DNA of 64,000 nucleotides, from assembly GCF_006345805.1 (NCBI RefSeq), contig NC_043008.1, positions 25,110,001 through 25,174,000 on the forward strand. Reading direction: 5' to 3'. The notes beneath the pieces were generated by a model. It saw only the letters and a program-made list of their open reading frames with translations. It ran no database searches and had not been told where the DNA came from. Numbering within the stretch: the stretch's first letter is position 1; each line of letters begins with the position of its first letter. Source of the stretch: Octopus sinensis (lineage: Eukaryota). Shown here piece by piece: positions 24,486 to 39,100 of the stretch. The position numbers and the translations under genes were made by a program.

Positions 24486-26089
24486 AGGGCTAAAAAACCA
24501 CTATGTGGACAGCCATATGCTAGAAGTAGATTACATACAATCTAACTACAAAGAAAGAATGTTCTCCAGAGAAAATTCAGCGAACACCAGAACATAGGCG
24601 GGCAAGACAGATGAAAATTATACAAAAATCAAGAATTAATCGTATACCAGTTTTGTCTATTACCAAATAAATTACTTACGTAATCCTTCGTCCGTAGATT
24701 CATCAGCACGATCGTTCCAAAAACAATATAATTTGTAAAACTAACCACTAGTTTACTGTATAAGACCAGACACGTGCTTAGTTCTACCGATTACCTTGGG
24801 GTTAGTTTCAAATGTCTGAGTTCTGGCACGCTAAATTCCAGAAACAATTCTGCAGTAAATAATTTACTGCAGTTAATGCTGCCTATTAGAGAACATAATT
24901 ATTTTAACATTTAAATAATGAGGGAGATAACTTGAATATTAATTTAATTAATATCAATTTAAAACCAGTAGCTTAGCATATAAAAATCTGAAAATTCAGA
25001 GAAAATTCCAATACATGTGTATATTTAGGGCTAAAAAACCACTATGTGGACAGCCATATGCTAGAAGTAGATCACATACGATCTAACTACAAAGAAAGAA
25101 TGTCCTCCAGAGAAAATTCAGCGAACATAGGCGGGCAAGACACTCTGTCACCTGGTTTCACAATGTATGACAAATAAATCCATAAGAAAGCAAAATTTAT
25201 AAAATGATACACTTCTATGATGCTCATTTTAAAAATGTTTATATATATATATAGTCTTGTTTCAGTCATTTGGCTGCAGCCATGCCTGCACACTGCCGTG
25301 AAGGGTTTTAGTCAAACAAATCAACCTCAGAATTTCAGCTGTTATATTGGCTGTGCAAGTACAATTCTTTCTTGTAAGATCACCATGATTTTAAAACAAG
25401 GGTCCTTAGCAAAATACTATACAACACATCACAAATCAATTTGAATAGAAAAATACATCAGTATAATACTTATGTACTTTGTCCAATTCCCCACAAAAAT
25501 AGAAGAGTATAGAAATCATACTCATATCTCAAGAAACATAAACACGTGGCTACCAGCATGAGAACCTAAAGGTCCTAAATTCAACAATATCATACAGATT
25601 AATGTGAGACTGCTGATGTTTATGCTCAAACAGTCAAAATACTTTTGGCTGGAAAGTTTTCATGAGTAGTGTATAGTCTGCAGATTGCTGATAGATTAAT
25701 GATTGGCTATGCCTGTTGATTGTTTTATATCTAATTAATGGCAAAAATCAATTATACATTATGCATTTTGCAAGATGCAGTAAAACTGAAGTTGAATATC
25801 AATCATGTATAGTTCTTATAGAGTTATGTTTACTTAATTACCTACTATATCTCACCTTTCTTATTCAAAAGACAGAATCATAGCCAATTCAGTTAAGATG
25901 TAGCAAGATTTATATATAAACTTGAAAATATGGTATGCCTGCAGTGATACATACATTCTAATATTTAGCTGAGAGACCAGCATCTTTACCACTCTGTCAC
26001 CTGGTTTCACAATATATGACAAATAAATCCATAAGAAAACAACATTTATAAAATGATACACTTCTATGATGCTCATTTTAAAAATGTTT
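24486..26089 (+). repeat. Local duplications arranged A-X-A-B-Y-B
   Basis: A1 24486-24609 vs A2 25027-25142 (3 substitutions, one 8-bp indel). B1 25141-25240 vs B2 25990-26089 (3 substitutions). Confidence 0.95.
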
Positions 26090-29000
26090 TACAATGCAAT
26101 GAAATAATGCATTTGCAAACAGTGAGGGGCATCATGACTGAACTTCTCTTTTACATATGTCATGATTTATATTTTGTATCAGCCTAGAACTCTACTATTT
26201 TATTTGCACTCTAGTTTTGATATGCAATGAAAAACTGAATGCTAGAAAAACCAGTGATTTATATCCATATGAATTTGTATGCTAGTTAGCAAGGTGTAAG
26301 ACTTTCTAAGTAACCTCTTTGCACCAGGTTGACTCAGAAGGAAAGGGAGTCAGTGCTCATGACCTTTGAAATATTCTCAGTTAATGTATTAACTCAATAT
26401 CAAAAGATCTTTATAAGGGATAAGTTTGAAATAGAGGTTCCATTTCCCATCTTGACTAATTATAGATAGTATGATTTCTGATTATTAAGGGAAGTTTGCG
26501 AGATTGTTTAATAAAGAGAGATATTTGTATTATTGAAAAAGATATATAACCAAAACAGGTTGAGTACAAATAGTATTAAGGGCCATTTATTGCAAATTGA
26601 AAAAATTATCAGGCAGCTACAGACTGATTCACTATATTCAAAAGTTTTTAGTCTGAAAATTAAAAGAAAATCTAAACTAATACAACCTTAGTGATTAGGA
26701 TATTAAATGACTTGCAATCAAAGTGGTTAAAGGAGACTCTTGAGCTGTCTGATTCTGAAGATTGATTTGAGGCAACACGCATTAGTTGTTTCAACAATTT
26801 GAAGTAATAAAAATCAGATTTCATCATGTGGAATTAAGGCAAAATATTGGTCTCTTATAGTGGCACAACAATGCCCATTAACAAATAAAGGAAAACTAGA
26901 AGTTTTGGCAATGTCAAAATGGGAGTTACAGAAATACTACTGAATTGTGCTAATTATTTTCAACAATTTTTTCTTGTCCTTTACAAAACAATACCAGATT
27001 TCCAACTTCTTTGTTGTCTATATGGTTTGGAGATAATAGCAGGATTTGGTACAAACACAAATAATGGCAAATCTTAGCCTACACTACTTGCCAATATTCT
27101 TACAATATTCTTAGTATTATCAATGAAACTCTTACAAACATCATTAGTGTATTGTCTCATATATCAAAATCGTGAGGTTAATTATTTACTTATATTGCAA
27201 AATTACTGCTTGATTAATAAATTTGATTATTTATTAACTGTCAGACATATATGAGAGAAACAAAATTAAAAGAAACACAATAGCAATAACAACAACAATA
27301 TTAGTAACTATTTTTATTTAGCTTGCATCTATTCTAACTTCCGGATATCAATTTCAAGCAATAATAATCTAATTTTAAAATTACTTAGAAATATTATTAG
27401 AAATTATACATTAAACAGATTGGAAACTTTATTTTAATGAATATAATTTGTAGTTATCTAGTACAAAAAGCCATTATAATTAGTAGAAAAAATATATTAT
27501 CTAAGTTGGATACAAGGTCTTAAATATTTGAGAATGTATTATTAATTATATCAACCTCAATAGTAGATAAAATGCTTATTTTATCTACCACGGAAGGATA
27601 AAAGTCTGAATCAATTTCAATGCATTGGTCTTTCAGCTTAAAACAAATATTGAATAGGAATAACTGAGAAAGATAAGTTAACCTGGTAGGAAGATACATG
27701 GGAACTGGTTAAGACTATTTTATAAAACAGAAACTAACATTAATCTCAGTTTTAGAATAAGTACCTTGTATCATGTGTCATAAAAAGTGATTAAGAAGAC
27801 TTATCAATATAAAAAGCATCTGTCTATAAAACACTGCCTTATAAGAAAAGAACCATGAATACTATGATCAAATGAAAACAAGGCTGACAAAATGAATCTT
27901 TGTTTTTTCAAGGAAATTTCCTTAAAAAGCTTGATGTCATCTATTATGTAAAATTGATAATTTATCAAATATTTTCTCATCATACTCCTGACCCCACCAT
28001 TATCCTACCCCTTTTAGATGCCCTGCTCTCTTCTCTCTCTTTCATACTCTCTTCTTTCCTTCTTCAAGGTTACCCGGGCAGATGCATGTGCCTATCCTTT
28101 TCCCTCAAATCCCTACCTGTGGACTTTCTACTGTTATTGCTCCCTCTCCAGTTCCCTTCCTCAGCCTGTGCAGTTTAGGTTACTATTTTTACTGCGTACA
28201 AGACATGCCCACTTTCTGTGCTCATACTGGAATAGAACTCAACACACCACCTCTGCAGCCAATGGTGAGGGAGGCTATCACTCTAGGACTAGTGTCACAA
28301 AAATGCACCAAGTAGAGAGTGTAAACTGGTTGGTAAATATGTAGAGAATGTGTAGGATTACAAATGTAATAGAGAAAAAAATGTGTTGTTAGTATATTTT
28401 TGGCAGTATACAAACATGATTAAAATTTAATTTGTTTCAAACTCTGCACATCTAAGGAAAGCTATATTCTATAGAAAGAAATCACAAGAGAGTGCCGGCT
28501 TTTTTTTTACCTTATCCAGGATGCTTAATATGAGCATGTGAACATTGTTGATAGATAGCAATTGCCTGAAACAGATATCTTCTGGCTCTAAAGAGTACAA
28601 GTCTTTGAAATACAGTCCTAGTTATGGGAACAATGCATTTGATATGAGATCTCTTCCATGATAGTGAGTTCTAGCTTTTTGAGTGGTTGCATGCAGCTTA
28701 TATGATGCTTGCTTGCTATGAGCAGTACTGGAGTACATTGTTACTATTGAAGGATACAAAATACTCAGAACCTCATTGAGGGATTAAATGTATGCTTTAG
28801 AAGTCATGTGTCAGTGTGGAGTTGGCCGAAGTGTATTGTATGTCTGTTGCTTGTTAATGAGAATGAAAGGTGGGGAGCTAATTCTCAAGTACATTTGGTT
28901 TTTAAAAGAAAGAAGTCCAACCACCTTTAAAATCAAATGCCCAATCCTTGAATATGTTTACCATATATATATAGAGCTGATTTCATTCAAATTCATATTG

Positions 29001-29100
29001 TATATTATGTCTAATTGACGTTAGTAATTTTGTTTCAAGACATACATAGTTTAAGCAAAAATTTTCAGACAATGTACTATTTTGTAAACATGCTTCAAAA

Positions 29101-29423
29101 TATTTACATTATTTATATTTGATGGATATTTGTCCTCATCTTGTTTGTTGTTAACATGTTTCGGCTGATATACCCTCCAGCCTTCATCAAGTGTCTTGGG
29201 GAAAATTCAAACCTGGGTTCTCATTCCCAAAGTAATAATGATAATAATAATAACAACAACAACAACAACATCAAAAAGTACCTTAGGAATGAGAACCCAG
29301 GTTCGAAATTTCCCCAAGACATCTGATGAAGGCTGGAGGGTTTATCAGCCGAAATGCTGTGTTAACAACAAACAAGATGAGGACAAATATCCATCAAATG
29401 TAGATAAGGCAAATAATGTACAT
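29101..29423. repeat. Inverted repeat of a Penelope-type terminal sequence around a (TAA)n(CAA)n spacer
   Basis: Arms about 29101-29232 and about 29281-29423 are reverse complements (for example TTTGATGGATATTTGTCCTCATCTTGTTTGTTGTTAAC). Confidence 0.9.
29319..29362 (+). ncRNA. Minimal type I hammerhead-like motif (mirror copy on the minus strand at about 29153-29194)
   Basis: ACAU-CUGAUGA-A-GGCUG(loop)CAGCC-GAAA-UGCU-GUGU. The mirror copy reads ACAC-UUGAUGA-A-GGCUG(loop)CAGCC-GAAAC-AUGU. Confidence 0.55.
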
Positions 29424-30925
29424 AATTCCTCATCTCTTAAATATAGAACTGTATGCCTCAAAATACTTGCTTTCCAATTATGTACCACTAAACAAATGTT
29501 TATTATGCATATTCTGTATATTTAGAATAATATAAACCTTATCCTCTCCTTTTTTGAAAATTTATCTAAAATTTTCCTGCAACAGGTTATTTTTTAACCA
29601 TGCACAATTGTAATAGATATATATTTGATATTTTCTTATATATACTTCGTTTTCATATAATTCCATATATTTTACACACATATTTTATTTTTTCCTCTAT
29701 TATCTAGTTTGTTAACCTTGTATTTTCAAATACTTGTTACATTGTTACCAGTCAAAGCTTTTATTCCAAATTATTCAATCAGCATTTGTAATGAAGTTGA
29801 AACATATCCATTGGATGTCTTTTATATTCCTTCGTAGTGTCCCAGTTTTTGAAATCATTCTTAGATTGGAAGATGGATCTTAATGTAACTGCTTATGAAC
29901 ATTTCTGCTACCAATGTAAATGTGCGTATGTGTGTTCATGCATATACATGCGAACACATGCATGTGTTATATGCAAGAAATGACTATGTTTGTGTTTAAT
30001 TCAGCAATTTTCAAATTTCTTTTAGTTTGGAACAGTAGTGATCCTAAATTAGTTCATTACGGATTCATGAACTTCCCTGTCTCATCAGAATGATGCAATA
30101 GTAACAATGTCCTGTACATGTACTTGCTGTAGGTGTTTATGGAACTAGGTAAATATTCATCCTAGATAATGATGTTTAGAGAGTTAGAAAAATATCCATT
30201 GTAGACAGCTTTTGGTGACAATCTACACGAGGATGTTTAGGGAGCTAGGCCATCATCCATACAAGAATTCTGCTCTAGAATCATGTATTCTAGAATAGAA
30301 AGCAAATATGGATGTGAATTAGCAGTAAACTGGAGGTTATGTGTACTATTTGCCTCCTACTTATTTGGCTTGGTTTTAAATTAATTACTAATTGATAATA
30401 TATGAATTGTACATCAAAATAAATTTATTTAATGTTTCAAGGGAAAATGATCCCAACATACACATATATACAAACCTATATATGAACGTATGAGCATGTA
30501 TTTATAGATATGCTACAAGTTTTAGTATCTCTCCAATTATCTATCTGATTATCTATCTAATAAGTAACCCAAAGGCTAATACATCTATGCTTTTAGTGCC
30601 TTCTTACTGATATATTTGCATTACAAAACATTACACAGTATATCAACAAAGTATTTATACACTTACATATTATTTCAGTTACGTTTGTAAGTTTATTGGC
30701 TTGTTCAAACCCTCCATTGGCTGGTTTTGCTTTGTAAACAGTTTGTGGGTAACATACAATTTTCCAATTTTTTTCTGCGTATAAACAAATGCTTATAATT
30801 TAGCATAACTACCATTAAAAGGGGTTGATGAAAGCAAAAATCTTGTAGGATGACAAAAACAAATTAAAAGCATGATCATTTCATTTGGGTGGATAACTCA
30901 GGTGCACATTCTTTCAACAAAGTGG

Positions 30926-30971
<46 letters not shown>

Positions 30972-31409
30972 TAAGTAAGAATGTGTAGATTTGTATCTGC
31001 ATTATTGATGAACCTTTTTCTGTATTCAGAAATACATGTCACCCCTTCCTATTTGTATAAATAAATGAAAATCTTAAGTGGACATACTATGGCAATTTAA
31101 CTTGAAGGTTCAAATGTTAATAAATATATATATATATGTACAGGATAGCACACAAAAAGTAACCTGGGTTTTGTAGCATAGTGTAAGTAGAGAAAGAAAT
31201 TTATACACATGAAAAAGAACCCAACCTTTCCTTTGTGTCATTGTGTTATTTCAACTATTGTAACTGCTGAAGAAAGATGACATACAAGTCAACTGTTTGC
31301 TATATTATCCTCATTGTACCCTCACCACATTAGTTGATTGTAAGAATGCATTGAATGAACATTTCTAGCTTTTTGTGCATGATGACATACTCATTAGTGG
31401 AAAGAGTGA

Positions 31410-31700
31410 GGATTGTGGAAGTGTATGTGAGAACACTTTTGTCAAGCAAACATGTGAAATTTTCAGTCAAGGCTTACCAGCAAACAAAATGATATAAATG
31501 TTGGTTAAGAAGTGGGGTACTATGGGGTCAGTGCACAACACCCCAAAACAAAAAGACCCTGCAATTCAAAGACTGGAAGTTATTCAGGACATTCACTAAA
31601 GGATTGCCTGAATTTCAAAGAAGTCAACCCATCAATTGACATAGCAGTCTCACATAAAGCAGGAGGTCATACCAATCGATGCTGAAAAAAACTGTGTACA
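31410..31700 (+). mobile_element. Highly degraded Tc1/mariner-superfamily N-terminal HTH remnant
   Basis: Translation LVKKWGTMGSVHNTPKQKDP..EVIQDIH*RIA*ISKKSTHQL resembles the K-x-x-x-TGSV..P..EV....SPKKST pattern. Short and interrupted. Confidence 0.45.
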
Positions 31701-33299
31701 GCAATTAAAAGCCTACATTTTTGGTCAAATCAACACAATGACACTTGCAAACAAAAGGCTGGGTGTTTTTTTTTTTCTTGTGTGTAAATGTATTTCTGTT
31801 TTTGCACTATGCTACAGAACCTGGGTTACTTTTCTGTGCATCACTCTGATTGCATATGGTCAATTACTTTCAGTGCATAAGGCTGATAACCTTTTATGTT
31901 TATAATGTTCAGCCATGTATAAAACATGGTATTTTGGCTCAAGGAAATGCAAAGAAATTTATATTAAATTACGCAGAAAACTTTCAAAAAGGGCAATAAG
32001 GATGGCCTACAAAGAAGTTGAATGCCTAACCTCTTCTGTAATAACATGATATTATGATGGTAAGGGACTTACTCAATGTTAATTGCTCCTTATTTATTAT
32101 GACTTCAAAGGAAATTAATTACAAAATTCTTTTGATATTTTTATGATCATCCCAGTAACAGATTGCTAGACAGAGATATATAGAAATGAACTACATGAAT
32201 ATTTCACACTCACCTTTATAAGAAAAACCTCTAACATCTTACAATGAACACCTTCCCAAAAATACGAAATGGCAATGTAAAAATTACATTTGCCAGAGTT
32301 GATCACTTTTTAGAAAAAAACGAAATCAAAGGAATTCTAGATCCACTGTTTTTAATAAAATGGTGAGATGGTTATGATTGGAATGGCTTACAATATAAAT
32401 CAAGTGGATTCGAGTGAACCTGAGGCTAAAAAATGACTACAACCAAATATATATCAAGTCAGGGTGAAAATTTTTGGATAAACAATGGTATGTCTTTTTA
32501 AATTTGATTTTCAATTTTAAATTTAATGTTTTATTTTTCAATAATTTTTTTATTTCTGACTTTGTTATTCTTATGTTTTTCTGAGTTTACTTTTTAATTT
32601 ATCAATGTATTTTTTCCTTTATATCTTTATATCTAATTGTTTGTTTATATTTCCTATGATCACTAAACAGGAAAGTTCTTGAAAATATCTCAAGCGAGGA
32701 ACATTGCCTTTTTGATTGTTTCTCTCAAATTGCATGGCTTTTATGTAAATAGATTTGTCTTTTAGGATTTTCTTTATTCTCAGTCATTTATTAGTATTTA
32801 CACACACATATAAACACATGCATTGCCTGCACAAACACACACACACAGACACACACAGAAGCAAACACACACAGAAGCAAACACACACAGAAGCAAACAC
32901 ACACACATACATATATGTATTACACACACATGTATGTGAGTAAATATATGTAAACATTTAAGAGTGAACAAGAGGAAAAAAAGAGATTCAAAATTGCAAG
33001 TAGAGTTAAATGGTTTATTAGAAACTGAAAACTTTATAATTTGTTACTTTGAGTTTGCTGTTTCAAATTTTACAGACGACTATGAGAAATGAATCATAAG
33101 AATGGAATATAACTGATTGTTAACTCTTGGACATCCCAATAGGTTGCAAAAATCTGAGCTTTTATTCAACCATTAACATTGTTATATTGTTTCTCAAGGA
33201 AATCTCATGAGAACTGCCAATATAGTAGTAAAACAAACATATGACAGTCTTTTCCACCAGCAAAAAGATCTGCTCATCCATGCTATAACCCCATAAATA

Positions 33300-34760
33300 T
33301 TTGGTTTTGCATATTTGTCTGTCCGCCTGGGAGGTTGAGTTGCCATCAGTAGCACTAGTTTCAGCTAAGGCTGGTTGATGAGGTCCTTTTGCTTCACTTG
33401 CAATTCATGGTATGCTTCCATTACAATCTGGTAGGTTCTCTGACATGCATCGTTGACTGTCTTTTTGTCAGTAGAAATTCTTCATAGCTGGAAGTGATAA
33501 CTGAGAAGCAATGATGCTAAGAATTCTGGATCCAAACCCTTTATAAATGTAACTAGATGCTGGGTTGAGACTGTCTGTGTGGCCATCATTGAACTCCACT
33601 CTGGCAAATTGAGGTGAGATAGATTCTTTGAGAGTTACCTTCTCAATCCAAACTTTTTCTTTCCTCAGAATGTGACAATGATGAAGAACAGTAATCTCCT
33701 CTTGTTGTAGAAAACATTCGACCGATGATAGTTTGCCTTGGAAAGCTCAAGAATCATTCATGCGGAGTCTGGTTTGTAGCAAACACCAAAAAAATAAAAT
33801 GCAATAGGTAAATCAACTTTGCAATGTTTTGAGTCCCAAATGAAATTTTAAAGAACTAGTTTGATAGCTTGTTGTAAATTCTTGTTAGTTTGTTCACACT
33901 GACCGTTGCTTTGGAGTAAGTATGTTGTTGTACACATCCTATTTATGCCATTCTCAGAAACTCTTTACATTTTACCATTCAAATTGTGTCCCACAATCTG
34001 AGTGTTGACAAAAGGGTGACCCGAACATGGCAAATAGCAATACAGATGATCTATCACTGTATCTGATGACATACCCTTGCAGGCAAAGGGGAATGGATAA
34101 CTTGAATGTTCATCTATTATGACTAAAAAATACAGATTAGGTAAGTTTGTAGGCAAAAGCCCAACAAAATCTACTGAGGGATGTTCCAGTGGGTGAATTA
34201 TATAGATAAGATGACTTTTTGGTGGTTTATGAAAGCCGGGCTTAATTTCCTTGCAAACAGTGCAGTTGTCAGCTACAGAGTGGATCTCTGACAAGGAGAA
34301 TGTGAGATTGTGACTTCAACAGTCATCGCATGATCATGTAGAGCCAGGATGATGCAATCAGTTGTGTACATTTCTGATGTAAGTCAGGTCTTACTCTGCC
34401 ATTACATCAACACTGAATCAGCAATGGTATTTTGTAAGCCTGGGTGGTAACTTATGTCAATTCTAAACTCAGTTGATTGTAGTCACCATTGAGAAAGCTT
34501 GTTGCTTTTAATTTGCAACCAATGCTCTGTTGAGAACAGACATGACACTGACCTTTGATCTGTATTGATGGTATATGACTGTACAGAGTTAAGTAGGGCA
34601 CTATATTGTTGAGTGGCCTCCTTGATGGCTTCAGTGTCTAATTCAATAATGGACTGTTTTCTTTTTGATGCTGACAAAGCCTGAGCGAGAAATGCTACAG
34701 GTCTTTGATTCTGACTGAGAGTAGCATCAAGTGCAGATTCTGAGACATCCATTTTTATTG
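33300..34760 (-). mobile_element. Degraded Gypsy-type pol remnant (RNase H + integrase)
   Basis: DVSESALDATLSQNQRPVAF..TDQRSV..IKSNKLSQW (34483-34752), CTVCKEIKP..HPSVDFVGLLP..IIDEHS (33965-34294) and GNGQCE near 33890-33910. RNase H precedes integrase; no LTRs seen. Confidence 0.8.
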
Positions 34761-37700
34761 TTGATGGTTTATTGACCTTGGGTACTGAAAGTTATTTAAT
34801 GACATGATGAGAATTAGATGCTATAACTAGATGTATAAGGCAATATGCAAACTACACTGCTTTTGATCTGTGAATGGATCATTGATTCATGGAATGGAAT
34901 CAAAGCTGATGTTATTGTCAAATCAATTAAAACTAGAATTACAAATACATAGGATGGTGCAGGAGATAATTATCTATGGGATGACAACATGGCTGAGGAT
35001 TTGTTTCCTTCTAACTATGGATAGCAAAGGTGTAGATAATCCTTATGAGAGTATCATATATTTTGTTGGTTATGAAGATTTATTCACTACAGATGATGAT
35101 CTGTGCAATTTTGCAGGATTTAATGATGGTTTCTGTTTGAAAGGTATAAAATGTAATTATAAATTGAATCTTAATTAAATTTCTACTCCAGGTTCTGCAA
35201 GCATAAAATAAAGCTAACCAATTCATTTTTATGTCTGTTGCCATTATATATTTCCATGTTTGCTGTATTTTTATGGCTTTAAGCCACATTGAAGTTATTA
35301 AAAATAAGAATGCAATAAAGAAAATAGTAGCCTCCTAATCCAGCCATGAAAAAGAAGAAAACAATTTCAGTGGGGATTGTTGTTTGCATGGAGGGTAGTG
35401 TTGTGTTTTTGTCTTTTATAAATTTTGGCATTTAAACTCTCAAGCTGCATTGAATTTGTTCTGAGCTGCTGTTATTGTGTTTGCCTGAAACCTTTGCCAT
35501 GTGGATTGTCATTGTAGGCCTTTCTATGTTAAGTCACCATTTTTGCTGGGTGGAATTGTCATGAGAAAGACTGATGCTGTGTTTTAATTAATTGAAAGTA
35601 AGATTAGGCTGACTTCATGTAGTACAACATAAACAAACCTGCAAACACTTTACAGATTTTATTAATAGAAAATTATGCATATATGATACATAACTTGTCA
35701 CAGTCTCAGAATAGTATGTAGGAATTGATTGAACTGCATTCGCATAGCCTGTTGGGTGAGAGCTGAGATCTTTTTTGCTTGAATGCCAACAGTGCTCTGT
35801 CATAATTTAGGTACCCAATTGCTTAACTAGGGAAAAAGTGTGCAAATCTCAAGTACATTTAAGATGATGTTCATAGCATAGGTTCAAGCTGATTGGTCAA
35901 TTTTAAGGTTGTCTACATTGTAGCTCACTCATGACAATGAACTGATAACTTTGTGGTTGGGGTTCAAATTCTATCATCAGTTAGAAATAAAGATGCAGCA
36001 CAGATACACTGTACTCATGATGTGTCCAATTTTAACCATGAATATGAAAATAATGAAGGAGAATTGTGATACAAAACACAAAACATGGTGCAGGTATGAC
36101 TGTGGTAAGAAGTCAGCTTCCCAACAATCAGGTCAACCAAAGCCTTGTGAGTAGATTTGGAAGATAGAAACTGAAAGAGGCCAGTCACATATATAAATAT
36201 ATATATCAGTGGCATGTGCTCCAGCTATGCAAGTCTTGCATTGCATAGCTGTTTATTTTTTATTTAAGTCAAAAATAAATTTATTTGTAACTATGTTGAA
36301 AAGTTGTCAAAATCATTGAAAATGAAACTAAGTCATTAATATGTTTCAAAGAAGACCATCAGATGCAATATTAATATAACATTACTTTGATCATTGAAGA
36401 CAGCTCTGTTCTGACCGCATTTCCCACCTATTAAAAATAGCTTCAAAGTCATGCAGTCCTAAAAATTCATGAAGATTCTGTCTTTGGTATCCTCTCTCTA
36501 TCTGTCAATACATCTCTCTATGCTCAGCCAGTTCTTTATAATTGATGTAACTAGAGACTGACCAGATAGTTGAAAAGACTTGACCATTTGACCTCTATCA
36601 AAAAGCACTAAATTTAAAAAGAGAAACAATTCCAACTCTTTCAAAATTCTTTGTCAGTCAAATCATTTCTGTCATTCAGACTGCTAGAACCAAATTTTTC
36701 CAGTGGAACAAAATCACATTCTCTTTGATTTTTAATGTTCATTGATACATTGCTGGATTTCTGGAATCTCTGTCCCACATAGGTTGGAAATTCTCGGTTT
36801 TGATTGGGAATATGTTGTTACTTTGCTGCTTTATTAAGAATATCTTCTGTTTTATTCAAATTGACTCTCAATTTACACACTTGAACACATACACATTCAC
36901 GCACGCATGCACGTACGTACACACACACACACACACACACAACTCACCGCCACACACATACACACATTTCTTTTATAAAATATCATTTGAACTTTTGAAA
37001 TATTAGTCCAAATGGCTCATATGCATGTTATAGAACATTTGAAAAAAGATTCCAAACGAGATTGAAATGATATCATATATGGCTACTATGATAATGATAA
37101 AGAATACTAATAAAAGAATTAGATGCAATAAGATGTATGCTCTTCTTAATCTTTTCACTCTTTGTAAAAAAAAATTTCTCCACTGAAGACAAAAGATGAA
37201 TATGCTTAGAAACGATTATCTCATGATGAGCAGTAAATCTCTTTCATTCTCTGTCTCTACCACAATATATACAGCTTCCTATAAGACTACCACTTTTGAA
37301 AAATAGTTTTTCAAAAAAAAAAAAAGGCAACAAATAATTATAAACGATAGCAGGCCAATGTTGAAATTACCTAATTTGTGAAGTTACAACAAGAAATGTA
37401 TTCAGTAATTTCAGATCAATCTACATGAAAGAAAAAAATGGTTAACTAGAGGTGCTAAGCTAAATAAATTATTCTGCTGGCCATGCTTGTAATTTAGTTT
37501 CAAAAAACCTGTTTCGAGTGATAAAGGTTGCGATGATTTAAATAATCTACATATGGTTATGCTAAAACCTGAACATTCTCAAAGGCATATAAAATCTTTG
37601 ATAGATCTTAAAACATTTTTGAATGTTTGCATAGACTTACAATTAGATCCATATAAAAAAACTGAGAATACAAGAGTATAATTCCTCAGTAATTGATTGA

Positions 37701-37779
37701 TGCAATTATTTTTCTCGGTCACCAGGAAATATTATTTTGGAGTCATTTTGAATCAAAACAGCCCAATAATCACGGAAAT

Positions 37780-39100
37780 TATAAAGAACTATTATATTTA
37801 ATCCAGTAAATATGACAAAAAATTGGCAAGCCCTTTTGATATAGGTTCTGTGTTCTTGGGTCTCTCAAACAGAATTCAAAATTATTTGATTGATGCAGTT
37901 CAAAAGGCCATATTGAATAAAATAGAACATGAACTGAAGCAAGTTAAATTTGTTTCTATTCTTGTAGATGAAACGTCTGATGTATCTAAGTGTTCACAAC
38001 TGACAACTGTTTTCCATTATGTTACAAAAGATTATGTTACTAAAGAACGATTTATTGGTTTTAATAATGTTGATACAGATCGTTCAGCAAATGGTTTATC
38101 TAAATAGGTTTTTAAATGCATTGGAATGAGGAAGTGTGGAAAAAAAATTAATTGCACAAACTTATGATGGTGCCACTACAATTTCAGGACAATTAAACAG
38201 GTTGCAGTCAAAGATAAGGATAGAATAAGAATGTGTGATCTTTGTTCGTTGTTGTGCTCATGTCCTGAATTTAGTTTTTTCATAAGCATGCTCGGCTATA
38301 AAGGAATGCAATATATTCTCTTCTACAATAAATGGACTGGGTAATTTTTTAATGAAATCAACTGAAAGGGTGCATGCATTAGTCAGCATAGTTATATAAA
38401 AGATTTCCCAAAGCTACAGCAACTAGATGGAAGTACTCCTTATGTCTTATTATTTCAGAAGAAAATTGTCCTTTTATAATCAGCCTTTCCGAAGACATCA
38501 TTGAAAATCCTGAAACATGGGATGAGCCCACAATAAATTCTGCTATTGGATTCTTACATAATTTAAAAGCTCCCAATTTCTTATTTCTATTAGAAGTATT
38601 TAGTAACATATTTTCTTTCACTGATTTCTTATTTAAACATTCTTCAGACTAAAAGTCGTGACATAGTGTATTGTAAGAACAAAAAATAAAAATTGGAACT
38701 GTGTTCAAAAATAAACTCAATATTTTATGATTATATATATAACAATATTTTATGTTAGGGGGAAAATATGGAATCAATGCAGCAATCGAAATTAAATTTA
38801 TGGAAATCTTCAATTTTAGTGAAGATAAGGAATATTGCAAAAAGTTTTCAGTGGTTATTTTAAATTCTTTAAAAAACCACTAACGGTAGTTTTTTGATAC
38901 AATTCGATTACAGAGTGAACTAAATATTGTGTATTCTATGCAAGATTTTAAAATGCGGAGTGTTTGTACTTTAATGCATTACATTTACATCAATGATCTC
39001 ACTGAAGCTATGCCAAAACTCTTCAATTTCTACAATCCGATGATAATTCTGCCTACATCTGCCTCTGTAGTGCAATATTTTCTACATTGAAGAGAAGTAA
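37780..39100 (+). mobile_element. Degraded hAT transposase (ZMYM/DUF4371-like)
   Basis: SNRIQNYLIDAV..FVSILVDETSDVSKCSQL..ERFIGF (37823-38107), QTYDGA, CCAHVLNL, ATRW and a C-terminal dimerisation-like LPTSAS....FSTLKR near 39050-39095. Confidence 0.85.

Noticed and set aside
26100-33000. Possible host-gene exons in the long AT-rich, repeat-poor stretch (for example ORFs 28018-28344 and 28788-29018)
   Set aside because: No recognisable domain, coding bias or convincing splice-bounded ORF. Small exons cannot be excluded without RNA-seq.
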